The notes under the pieces: model-generated
What the model was told of the DNA's origin: nothing
Seen by the model: the letters and a program-made list of their open reading frames with translations, nothing else
Database searches by the model: none
Translations under genes and position numbers: made by a program
From: Parasitella parasitica NRRL 2501
Taxonomy: Eukaryota > Fungi > Mucoromycota
Length of the DNA stretch: 64,000 nt
Reading direction: 5' to 3'
Assembly (NCBI GenBank): GCA_025201805.1
Contig: MU619262.1
Coordinates: 3,978 to 67,977 of the forward strand
In this document: one piece after another, positions 1 through 9,408 of the stretch
Layout of the letters: the number at the start of each line of letters is the position of its first letter
How positions within the stretch are numbered: position 1 is the stretch's first letter

Positions 1-3000
1 AAACATATTTGGTAGATACAGAGGTGTTGTCAGAACCATTGAATATCAAAAACGTGGTCTCCCGCATGGTCATATGCTGCTGTTCTTAGATAATGAAACA
101 GACAAATTTGACACGGCAGAAAAAATTAATCAAATCATTTGTGCTGAAATTCCAGACGTCCTCGAAGAACCTGAATTGCATGCCATTATTACCCGTAACA
201 TGATGCACGGTCCCTGTGGTAATTATAACAAGAAGTCGCCATGCATGGTGAAAGACGCTTTTGGTAATGATGTATGCTCCAAAAAATTTCCAAAGCATTA
301 CCAACCGGCAACGATAGCAACTGATGATGGATATCCATTGTATCGCAGAAGAAGAGATGGTCGCTCCCATCGTGTAAGCATCAAAGACGAGCAGAATATG
401 TATCACGACTTTGAGATGACAAATGAATGGGTTGTGCCATACAATCCCTATCTCTCAAAAAAATACAATGCCCACATTAATGTGGAAGTATGTGCCAGTG
501 TTCAGGCAATTAAATATATCAACAAGTATATTTATAAAGGATCTGATCAAGCAACACTGAAAACAACAACAACAGCGACAACAAACCAGAATGATGAAGT
601 TGCCAAATATTTAAATGGTCGTTATATTAGTCCTGTTGAAGCTGTTTGGAGATTGTATGAATTCCCAATGCATGAAGAAAGCCCGTCTGTCTCTCCTCTT
701 GCTGTCCATCTTGAAAAAGAACAGCCCGTGTGCTTTGACCCTTTGTGGCCCCAGGCAAAAATTGACAAAGTACTGAGAGAGAGTCGCTCCACACTGATGG
801 CTTATTTTCACTACAATAACCAAAATCAGAATAGAGCCAACTTTCGACCATTACTATATCAACAATTTCCTGAGTTCATGACATGGCATCAAGCAACAAA
901 GGAATGGAAACCAAGACAAAACAGCCGTGTGTCAATTGGTCGTATGTACTACTGCAGTCCTGCTGCTGGTGAAAGATACTATCTTCGTTTGCTTTTGACA
1001 GTTATCAGCGGAGCTACGTCCTTTTCGCACTTGAGAACAGTGAATGGTCAAGAACGTGCCACTTACCGTGAAGCGTGCATGATGCTACATTTAATCGAAG
1101 ATGATGAGGAATGGATGAAAACCTTCCAAGAAGCTGCTACTTTTGCCTCTGGCTATGCCATGCGCTCAATGTTTGTGTCTGCGCTCATGTTTAACTCTCT
1201 GGTATCACCTGCTGAGATCTGGAATCAATTTTGTGAAAGTTTTTGTGATGATCTCGAACATACAATTATGCAAAAGGGATATTCCCAACTGCTCGATGTA
1301 CAAACTAATGCTGAGTTCTTTCGTGGAGCCCGTAGTCTGGATTACGGCCTGTATTTGCTTCAGACGTCTCTTGGTGCTCAGGATAGATCTCTGGATCAAT
1401 TCAATTTGCCTTTGCCTCTCTTCAACTGGAATGGACTGATAAATAGAATGACTGATATACAACGCAACTCACTGATCCTCAGCGAAATGTCATATCTACG
1501 AGATCAGGAAGCGTTTTCATATCAGCAAAAGTATGCTCAAATGAACGCCACCCAGAAGCATATCTTTGACTCCATCACCTCCTCCATCAACAGCAATACC
1601 AACAATTCTCATTTCTTCTTGCAAGGTCCAGCTGGAACTGGTAAAACATTTGTCTACAATACTCTTTGTCATTATTATAGAAGCCAAGGAAAGATTGTTC
1701 TCTGTGTTGCCTCCTCTGGTATTGCTGCTTTGCTGTTACCTGGTGGGCGTACGTCTCACACTCGCTTTGCAATTCCATTAAACATACACGAGCAATCCGT
1801 ATGTGCTATCAAGAAGAATGGTGACCTTGCTGACCTCATTCGAAGCACAGCATTGATCATCTGGGACGAAGTGCCAATGCAACATCGTTATTGCTTTGAA
1901 GCTCTTGACAGAACACTCCGTGATATCTGCAGTCGTGGTGATGAAGTTTCCTTCGGTGGTATTCCTGTCGTTCTTGGTGGTGATTTTGCCCAGATCCCTC
2001 CTGTCGTCAAGCAAGGCGGTCGTCCTCAAATTGTAGATGCGTCGCTGATTTCGTCAAGATTGTGGCCTAGATTGCAAAAATTGATGCTTACCGAGAATAT
2101 GAGACTAGCCAACTCAAATGAAATCGACCGTCAATTTGCAGATTGGATCGGCAAGATGTCCTACGAATCAGTAATGATTGGCAGTATTACTTTGCCTTCT
2201 TTTTTGAGACAGATGACTGACCTTGATCAGTTCATTGAAGATATTTATCCTCGGCATGTTCTGCAGCGTCCTCTGCAAAATAGTGATTTCTTCAAGGAAA
2301 GGGCAATCCTCTGTTCGAAAAACATTAATGTTGATGTTATCAACAACAAGGTGATGCAGAATGTGATTGGCGATAAGATTACTTTGTACTCTGCCGACAC
2401 AGTTCAGTCTGATCTGACCAACACTGAACAGACCTACCCTTCAGAGTATCTACAGACTCTTTCGCCTTCAGGGCTGCCGCCAGCAGTTTTGGAGTTGAAA
2501 GTAGGTCTTCCTGTCATGCTGTTAAGAAACTTAAATCCTGAAAGAGGTTTATGTAATGGCACCAGGCTCATCATACAACAAATTGGGCAATATGTGCTCA
2601 AGGTGAAAATTCTTGGCGGGTCAGATGCAATCGAGTTGATACCTCGCTTTACATTGTCAACATTGCCTGGCACCTTGCCATTTACCTTGACTAGAAAACA
2701 GTTCCCCGTAAGGGTGTCATTTGCAATGACAATTAACAAGTCGCAAGGTCAATCACTCAACAAAGTCGCTGTAGATCTGAGAAGTCCTGTATTTACTCAT
2801 GGCCAGCTCTATGTCGCTCTCTCAAGAGCAACATCAGCGAATGGTATGACAATCTTACTACCAGAAAATGTTACGCGAACGGAGAATGTAGTGTATCCAG
2901 AAGTCCTATTTAAAAATGCTACATAAAAAATTGAACTCTCCTTCACATCATCTTAATGGCTTTCGTTTGACATCAGTTTATAAGCAAAAAGGGATCTGGA

Positions 3001-3186
3001 GATCTCCCCCAGTTGAGGGGGGGATGGGGGTTCAAGGGGGATACCCCCTGACTATTCTGTAGACTTTTTCGTTATCAATGCTTGATTGCTTAATCTACTT
3101 GATTTAACAAAATTTTTATTGTAGTGTAAATTATATCTTCCCGCAGGGCGACGCCGTCATCGAGCGTAGCGAGATCAAACGGCTAG
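1..3186 (+). mobile_element. Helitron rolling-circle transposon, 3' portion (5' end lies upstream of the window)
   Basis: RepHel ORF followed by a subterminal hairpin (3159-3175) and terminal CTAG (3183-3186) followed by T, the canonical Helitron 3' end in an A^T target. Confidence 0.93.
2..2926 (+). CDS. Helitron RepHel protein (HUH Rep endonuclease + PIF1-family SF1 helicase), 5'-truncated by the window edge
   Basis: Frame is open from base 2 (NIFGRYRGVVRTIEYQKRGLPHGHMLL = HUH motif); catalytic KYINKYIYKG; helicase motifs GPAGTGKT, LIIWDEVPM, GDFAQIPPV, AMTINKSQGQS, GQLYVALSRA; no introns or stops. Confidence 0.96.
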   Translation, partial: NIFGRYRGVVRTIEYQKRGLPHGHMLLFLDNETDKFDTAEKINQIICAEIPDVLEEPELHAIITRNMMHGPCGNYNKKSPCMVKDAFGNDVCSKKFPKHYQPATIATDDGYPLYRRRRDGRSHRVSIKDEQNMYHDFEMTNEWVVPYNPYLSKKYNAHINVEVCASVQAIKYINKYIYKGSDQATLKTTTTATTNQNDEVAKYLNGRYISPVEAVWRLYEFPMHEESPSVSPLAVHLEKEQPVCFDPLWPQAKIDKVLRESRSTLMAYFHYNNQNQNRANFRPLLYQQFPEFMTWHQATKEWKPRQNSRVSIGRMYYCSPAAGERYYLRLLLTVISGATSFSHLRTVNGQERATYREACMMLHLIEDDEEWMKTFQEAATFASGYAMRSMFVSALMFNSLVSPAEIWNQFCESFCDDLEHTIMQKGYSQLLDVQTNAEFFRGARSLDYGLYLLQTSLGAQDRSLDQFNLPLPLFNWNGLINRMTDIQRNSLILSEMSYLRDQEAFSYQQKYAQMNATQKHIFDSITSSINSNTNNSHFFLQGPAGTGKTFVYNTLCHYYRSQGKIVLCVASSGIAALLLPGGRTSHTRFAIPLNIHEQSVCAIKKNGDLADLIRSTALIIWDEVPMQHRYCFEALDRTLRDICSRGDEVSFGGIPVVLGGDFAQIPPVVKQGGRPQIVDASLISSRLWPRLQKLMLTENMRLANSNEIDRQFADWIGKMSYESVMIGSITLPSFLRQMTDLDQFIEDIYPRHVLQRPLQNSDFFKERAILCSKNINVDVINNKVMQNVIGDKITLYSADTVQSDLTNTEQTYPSEYLQTLSPSGLPPAVLELKVGLPVMLLRNLNPERGLCNGTRLIIQQIGQYVLKVKILGGSDAIELIPRFTLSTLPGTLPFTLTRKQFPVRVSFAMTINKSQGQSLNKVAVDLRSPVFTHGQLYVALSRATSANGMTILLPENVTRTENVVYPEVLFKNAT

Positions 3187-3266
3187 TAACAATTATACAA
3201 CAGTTTTTTAGATAAAAAGGATAATGTTTATTCATATAAAATTAGAAAGGTATTTATATTATTATT

Positions 3267-3479
3267 ACTTGCTGCGACAGTTGCTATTACTAATGATATT
3301 ACTAATGATCTTAATAATGGTATTTATAATCAGTCGCAGCAAGTGAGTAAGCTAGATCATCCTAGCGCCATTCAACCAGTAATAAGCAATCTGTCTTTGA
3401 TTCTTATTACAGGCTATGTTCGATATAAGGCTAAAAAAAGCTTGCAAAAAAAGTAGCCTTAAATCGAGCGGCTACTGTA
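3267..3479. repeat. Inverted-repeat-rich segment ending in ...CTACTG-TA; putative right end of a TA-targeting DNA transposon/MITE
   Basis: 12-bp IR ACTTGCTGCGAC (3267-3278)/GTCGCAGCAAGT (3333-3344); 14-bp IR with 1 mismatch TCGATATAAGGCTA/TAGCCTTAAATCGA (~3420-3467); reverse strand reads TA-CAGTAGCCGCTCGA, resembling Tc1/mariner/pogo TIR starts. No partner TIR found in the window. Confidence 0.4.
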
Positions 3480-3808
3480 TTTTCTTGTTTCCAGAAAAAC
3501 ATCATTCATCGGAGCGAGTACAGTCTTATTACCAGAAAAATGTTTTCTCCGTTGGAGGAGAGCCTACTTTGCAACGACGCTACTAACAATGGTCCAATGT
3601 AGGCGTCAATGACCCTACCTGCAACCAATGCGTTCACTCAGGGCGCTGCCCATGTTCACTTTTCAATGTCATGGTACAACTACTATAGTGCGCTCGATGA
3701 GGCAACAATAGTTTACTTGGCCAAGTTGAATTTGGGAAAACTGACTTTTTGTTGATTTATTGCATTTTTGATTTAAGACCATTTCGCATCTTATCGGGTT
3801 ATTTTATA

Positions 3809-6713
3809 ATGTCTTATCGGTCAACGACAAGTACAAGAAGAACTCAAAGCTCATCATCCATCATTTCTCAAACTAGAAATATTAATACCGGAGAAATTGT
3901 ATTAATTTGCAAGCTTCATTGATTGCTTACCTTAATAATCCATTTGAGCTTTCTGAAGAGCAACACACAGCTTTTAAAAACTTTGTTGCTAGGTCTTAAT
4001 TCATTGTTAGTATCTGATTTCCTGACTCAGAAAGATCTATTTCATCTAATGCGCATCTTACCACACAGCGTAAATAACATTCTGTATTATTGTTTATTTA
4101 AAGAAGAAGAAGAAAGGAAAAAAACGGGGTGGGAATCAATAAATTACTCGATGACGATGGCGTCACTAAAAATGTGTAGACGTCGTGCATGAAAAGATTC
4201 ATACTTTTCATCCATTCCCTTCATCATGTTTCCAGGCAATGAAGGTAAAAGTATATCTGTCGAAGGAAAAGATAAAAACAATGCTGAAGTCAACTTGTTA
4301 TTTTCTTTAGATTTGAATGCTTACGTTACAGAAGCCAAATCACCTACTTTGCAGGCGTTTGCCTCTAACAGAGTAAAACAAATTGCTCAGTGGACAATTG
4401 ATCAATCTCCCAATACAGGCACTGAGATCTTTGATTTATGGCATAGGCGATTTGTAAAAAGTCTCACTATCATTCGGCCGGAAATGCGGATCAAGTAAGT
4501 TTCTATATTCTAATCTCGTTTCTTAGACTCAAAAATATTTTTCTTTCGTTAGGAAGCAAACTATGTCGGTAATCTGGGCTACTATTGCAACATTGAAAAC
4601 AAAAATCGTAAGTATGGAAGCCTTTTAGGTAGCATCTCTTTTCTTTTTCTTTGCTAACACAGGGCTGCTAACATAATTTTTTTTATAGAAAGAAAATGAG
4701 TCCAGCTATATGATCGCTGGGTTTGATGTGCTGAATTCATATAGCACTAATGTGGCCAACATGGCCATTCAAATTGGAAAAAGAAAAGTGATATCATCAA
4801 GCAGTAGCAATAGCAATAGCAGCAGTGATAGCGATAGCAGCAGTGATAGCGATAGCAGCAGTGATAGCAATAATAGCAATAACAGCAGCAATAGCAATAA
4901 CAGCAGTATTAGCAATAACAGCAGCAATAGCAATAGCAGCTCCTATCAAGGCGTCGTGAATGTGTTTACAGATGATGAAGAAGATATCAACGAAAATGCT
5001 CTTACTATCAAGGAGGTTATTTTCGGTATGGCGTTGAAAAAAGTAAAACCCTATCCATACCTCGCTCCTCTCAATTTGACAACTCACTTTTTTTTAATAG
5101 TTTCGGGGGATTGAATGGACGGAATCGGAAAAGCGAACTCTCAGTGAACTCGATGAAGGATCACCATTTTTAAACATCAGCTTAACACTTTCACGTGCTG
5201 TCATCTCCTTACTAATGAAAAAACAACCATTGACTGCCATGGATATCTCAGTGTTGAAGTAAGTTATGTGTAGTATAGAAAAAAAAATGTATCAAGGATT
5301 ACGTATTAATAGCTCTCTCCCATTCACTCTCCCCTTTTTTTATGGAACAGGTTATCTTTATCAGGCATAGTGAACCAATTGAAAACAGACCAATTCAACG
5401 CAATCAAGCCTTATCTTCCAGAGAACTTTGATCAATCTCACGTGGACCATATTGCGGATAAAATCAAATGTTATGAAATGAAGGATGACACATTAACAAT
5501 GTATGAGTCCATTTTGGATCTCATGTAAGTACCAAGAGCTTCTGAAGAAGAATGAATTCTTATTTTTATTTTGTGTGTATGTGTAGGGAATCTGAAAACT
5601 TACCTATTGAACATGCCCTGTTGCAAATCGACACTTTTAAGGCCAAATTCTTGAAGACGGAAGGAAGAGCAACGGAGGGTTATACCATGCTGAAAGTGGT
5701 GGAATATTTGTAAGAACATCATGATAGTGAAAAGTTAAAATGTGATGCAGTGCGGCCCAAATGACTGATTTGTTTTATATTTTTGTTTTTTTTGGCTATA
5801 GACTTGAAACGCTGAACGACTGGAAGCAAGACGACTCCGAAACCACCATCTACAGACGCATTGCTACCATTTTCGACTTCATGTTTCGTGACACGCATGT
5901 CAAGTTAGCCGAGTAAGTAGAAATAAAAAAAATAACTGAGACTCATGATTTTCACTCTTGATGTTGTCTTAGTGGGGAGACAGCTTGTGACCGGTCTAAA
6001 TACGAACGACAATACAATGACATTGTTTTTGGCACATGATCTTCGGATCGTGAACTTTGTGGTCGGAAGATAGACCTATTAGTGCGTTATGGCAGGGATA
6101 ACAAAGACTTGGAACTATCGAGCAACGAATTTAAGAAGCCCTCTGTTACGACCTCCAATGCCATCATCCAACAATGCAAAAATCTTCGTGTCAACGGTGC
6201 TATCCTCAACCACCTCCATGGACTGAACAAGAACATCGATTCTCTCCTCGCAATGGACTGGATAGGTAAGTCTTTTTTCTCACGACGCATCAACGGGTTG
6301 AATAATCGATCATTTTTTATATACCTGGTTAGGCAGCACTGGCTATATCTACTGTTTAGTTGCTCATCATGGTGTGTATGTTGCTAAATTTATTGATATC
6401 CTGACAATCCCTACCTCTGTGAATGGCTTGCTTGAATTTAGAAATACTCTGCGGCTTCTCTTTGCTTATAAGGTATTCCTTCCCCTTCCCCTCAAAAAAA
6501 GGAATCATTGACTGACTGAAAACATAAAAGGATTTTACATTGCGAATAGGTATAATTGCCGAGCATTCCCTGGAGGAAAGACGAAAAGTAGGTCGATTTC
6601 GGGAAGTTATCGATGTCTCTGTTGCCACCCCTTCGCCCACCCTTCATCATGAAATCTTTTTTACACCAACTACGCACCGTGTCAAGAGAACGAAAACAGA
6701 AAATAATGTTTAG
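3809..6713 (+). pseudogene. Multi-exon gene of a PD-(D/E)XK (restriction-endonuclease-fold)-like family, disrupted by in-frame TGA codons
   Basis: GT-AG exons give ...FDFMFRDTHVKLADGETAC...GRKIDLLVRY...LELSSNEFKK...QQCKNLRVNGAIL...LAMDWIG...FFTP...; in-frame TGA at 4190-4192 and 6037-6039; 5' start uncertain. Confidence 0.6.
4797..4941 (+). repeat. Low-complexity AGC/AAT/GAT microsatellite encoding a Ser/Asn/Asp-rich linker
   Basis: Tandem agcagcagtgatagcgat / agcaatagcaat units. Confidence 0.85.
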
Positions 6714-7242
6714 TACAGTATATTATATGATATTTAATAAACCTCCCCACTCTAATCACACTGCTTCTCTTAATTTCATATTATATTTTATCAACATCTC
6801 CAACAATTATATGGTATGTAATTATTACAGCTATATTATTAAGCTATTTAAATTAACAAACAATAAAGTGGGTTCTTTTTGTCAGTTGAAACATGGTGAT
6901 AGCCAACTAGAATTACAGTCCTTTTTTTTATCGTTTCTGAAAAAAAAAAATTAGTTCAAGTAAATGATAAAGATCATGGTGATTGTGATAATAAATATTA
7001 GGGCTGCTGGTAACAAACCTTTTATTCCTGATAAAAGCCAAGAAGTTTCTGAGAGAAGAGAAATGTCTCCCTAAAAAGATTTCAAGTAGAGAAAAAGAGT
7101 AATTGCTTTGTTCTATTCATAATGAAAATACAAAGAGACCGTGTTGTAAAATAAGTTATTTACATCATATTTTGAAGTTCAAGGAAGTCTTCAAAAGCTG
7201 TAACGGTTGTCTGTTGATAAACATCTGTGGTTCTGGGTGTAA

Positions 7243-7388
7243 GTGTGTCCGTTGACTTTGGGTCAAAAACCTTTAATTGGGTTCATGAACGGATAGCAAG
7301 GTTGAAAATAAGCACATTTATGTCCTTGCGATTTCATGAATTTCCATATAGATTAATTCTTATGAATGTGTGTGTTATCCTGGTGGCA
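7243..7388 (-). pseudogene. Tc1/IS630-family transposase relic (second D and E region, DD34E spacing)
   Basis: One minus frame reads CHQDNTHIHKN*SIWKFMKSQGHKCAYFQPCYPFMNPIKGF*PKV, matching DNAPIH...LPPYSPFLNPIEEFW; exactly 34 residues between D and the (E->K) position. Confidence 0.75.
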
Positions 7389-7994
7389 GATTGCTTCCTT
7401 TTTTCTGGCATTTTCTTATACTTTCAGTTGATCTGGTGCCTTTTAGCGTAGAAGGTCTTGCCAGACAAGTACCAAGCAGGGTTCTCTATATCCAGTTGCA
7501 CGGTAGAACAGCTAGTTAAACCTGTGCCGTCTTTTCCAAATATTGGAATGTTTCAAAAGTGTGTGTCTTTGCAAAACCAGCGTAGATTTTAGGCGCCTAA
7601 TTTTTTTTTGCTCTAGACGAACTTCAGTGTGTTGTTGTAAGAAAAAAGACAAAGGCTGTAAGAAAACAATGTTTAACAATTTCAAACACAAAAACAAGCA
7701 ATTCAAAGTAATGCATTAGAATATAAGCCGCCTTTTGATTACATATTTGCATAGCTTAGAGCAAGCTTTTATACTTTTCAACTCGATATCAGATGAAGGT
7801 AGAGACTTTTCTGACTTTTCTCGGAAAAGTATTTTCAAAATCGGAGCGTGAGATCGTCAGGCCAGGTGCAGACATGCAAGTACTACCATTAGAAAACCAC
7901 GACGCACATAATTTAAATAAATTAGTTTTCAAATGTTTTTCTCTTGAATTGGGTAAGCTATGGCTTCTCAAAGCTAACTCTTTCTTCAGAAAAA

Positions 7995-8742
7995 CATCTT
8001 TTTTTATGGCGGAGATTAAACGGGTCCAAAATCAGGAAGAAAAACTTCTTTCAGAAACTCCATTTGGACAAAAAGAAATCAAAATTACTCTTTTGAGGCA
8101 AGATATCATCTTCTGATACTATGCATACCACTGGGGTCAATCTATGATAATAGCTGTATTTTTGGGCGCTCTACACGCTGGTATCATTTCATAATTTCCG
8201 AATGCTTATGGAAGGAGTTCTGCCGAAAAGCCTCAAAAACAGATTTAAAGGAAAAAATCAACATTTTACTTAATCAAAGCGCATTGCCAGCCCTTCAAAT
8301 CATGGAATGGTCTTTTACGATCATTTTCCACCAATATATGTCATAGTGAAAAGTTGAATTTTTTGAGGTCAAAATCGAGGATAATGTATAATCGATGGTT
8401 TTGGATGTGTGGGTACAAGGAAAAAATCGAAAAAATCCGTCATTTTGCATCGAAAAAAAAATCATGCTCAAATTGCACCAAAATCATATATAATATAGTT
8501 CTTTCTCAATGGATACTATTTCTGGCGTTTTTAGAGCACTTTTAATTATGAAAATCAGTCAAAAAATGGCACACGAAGCTAAAGTTCTTGCTTTTAAGCT
8601 GTGAAAATGTTTATCTGGAGGTGAAATCACGTCAATATCAATTCTAGTACATGGCACAGCTCTATAAAGTATACCTTTATTCATAGTAATATGATCAAGC
8701 AGGTGTGGCTCATCGAGTTGGAAGCATAAGAGGATAATTAAT
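7995..8742 (+). repeat. Dispersed non-coding repeat, copy 1 (probable non-autonomous TE)
   Basis: Colinear and highly similar to 28025-28792 (shared e.g. aaaaatccgtcattttgcatcgaaaaaaaa and tcacgtcaatatcaattctagtacatg). Confidence 0.9.
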
Positions 8743-8859
8743 GAATGCAATGTTTTGCTGCAGTCAACGGTAGATGTCTTTATCAAAAAAGGGCGCTACG
8801 AAGCCAAAAAGAGAAGAGGATTTAATTAAAAGGTGAAGGTGAAGATATCAAAAAAAACA

Positions 8860-9185
8860 ATAAAAAAAAATACCTGACTTTATGAGAGATTTACTCGATG
8901 ATGACAATGTTCAAACAGTTCAAGATCTACAGCAAAGCCCTTTGGTTGCCAAAAAGAAGTGATAAAAGCGCACTTTAGAAACGAGTAGACTTTATCACCA
9001 AGCTTCCCTCAAAGCGACATTAACTAGGATAGTAATTTTTATTTTCGTAGATGATTCAGGGTTTATCAGCTCCAGGAAAGAAGGGGAAGCAGCAATTGCC
9101 CGCAATACATAAAAACTCCCAGAGACCTTTAATATTATTACCACCATTCTTGCAGCAGTTTCTCATGATGGTTTGATCTGCCATA
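8860..9185 (+). pseudogene. Tc1/IS630-family transposase relic (linker and first catalytic D)
   Basis: Reads FMRDLLDDDNVQTVQDL...SDIN*DS / IFVDDSGF...T*...TTILAAVSHDGLI, resembling FIDESGF...TILGAIS..G.I; contains stops and a frameshift. Confidence 0.65.
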
Positions 9186-9408
9186 ATCGTATGCTGCATT
9201 TTCTGGTTAGGGCGACATTTTTGTTCGGCCTGGACAACATGAAATTATTGGATCAACTGCTCACAAATACATGTTGGATATTAAGGTTACACGCAAAATT
9301 ATTTTTTTTTACGAAATAGAAAAAATCCAGGTATAGCGAGAGAGTATTATTATTACTCACACTTGATTTTATTTTTTTCTTCCCCTTCTCCTCATAACCT
9401 TATTTAAT

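Noticed and set aside
4190-6039. In-frame TGA codons as selenocysteine or programmed readthrough
   Set aside because: Not at Cys/redox positions, no SECIS-like element recognised, and other genes here (e.g. the SET gene) use TGA as a stop; pseudogenisation is simpler
7793-8786. Short ORFs inside the dispersed repeat
   Set aside because: Not maintained as long frames between the two copies; no transposase motifs
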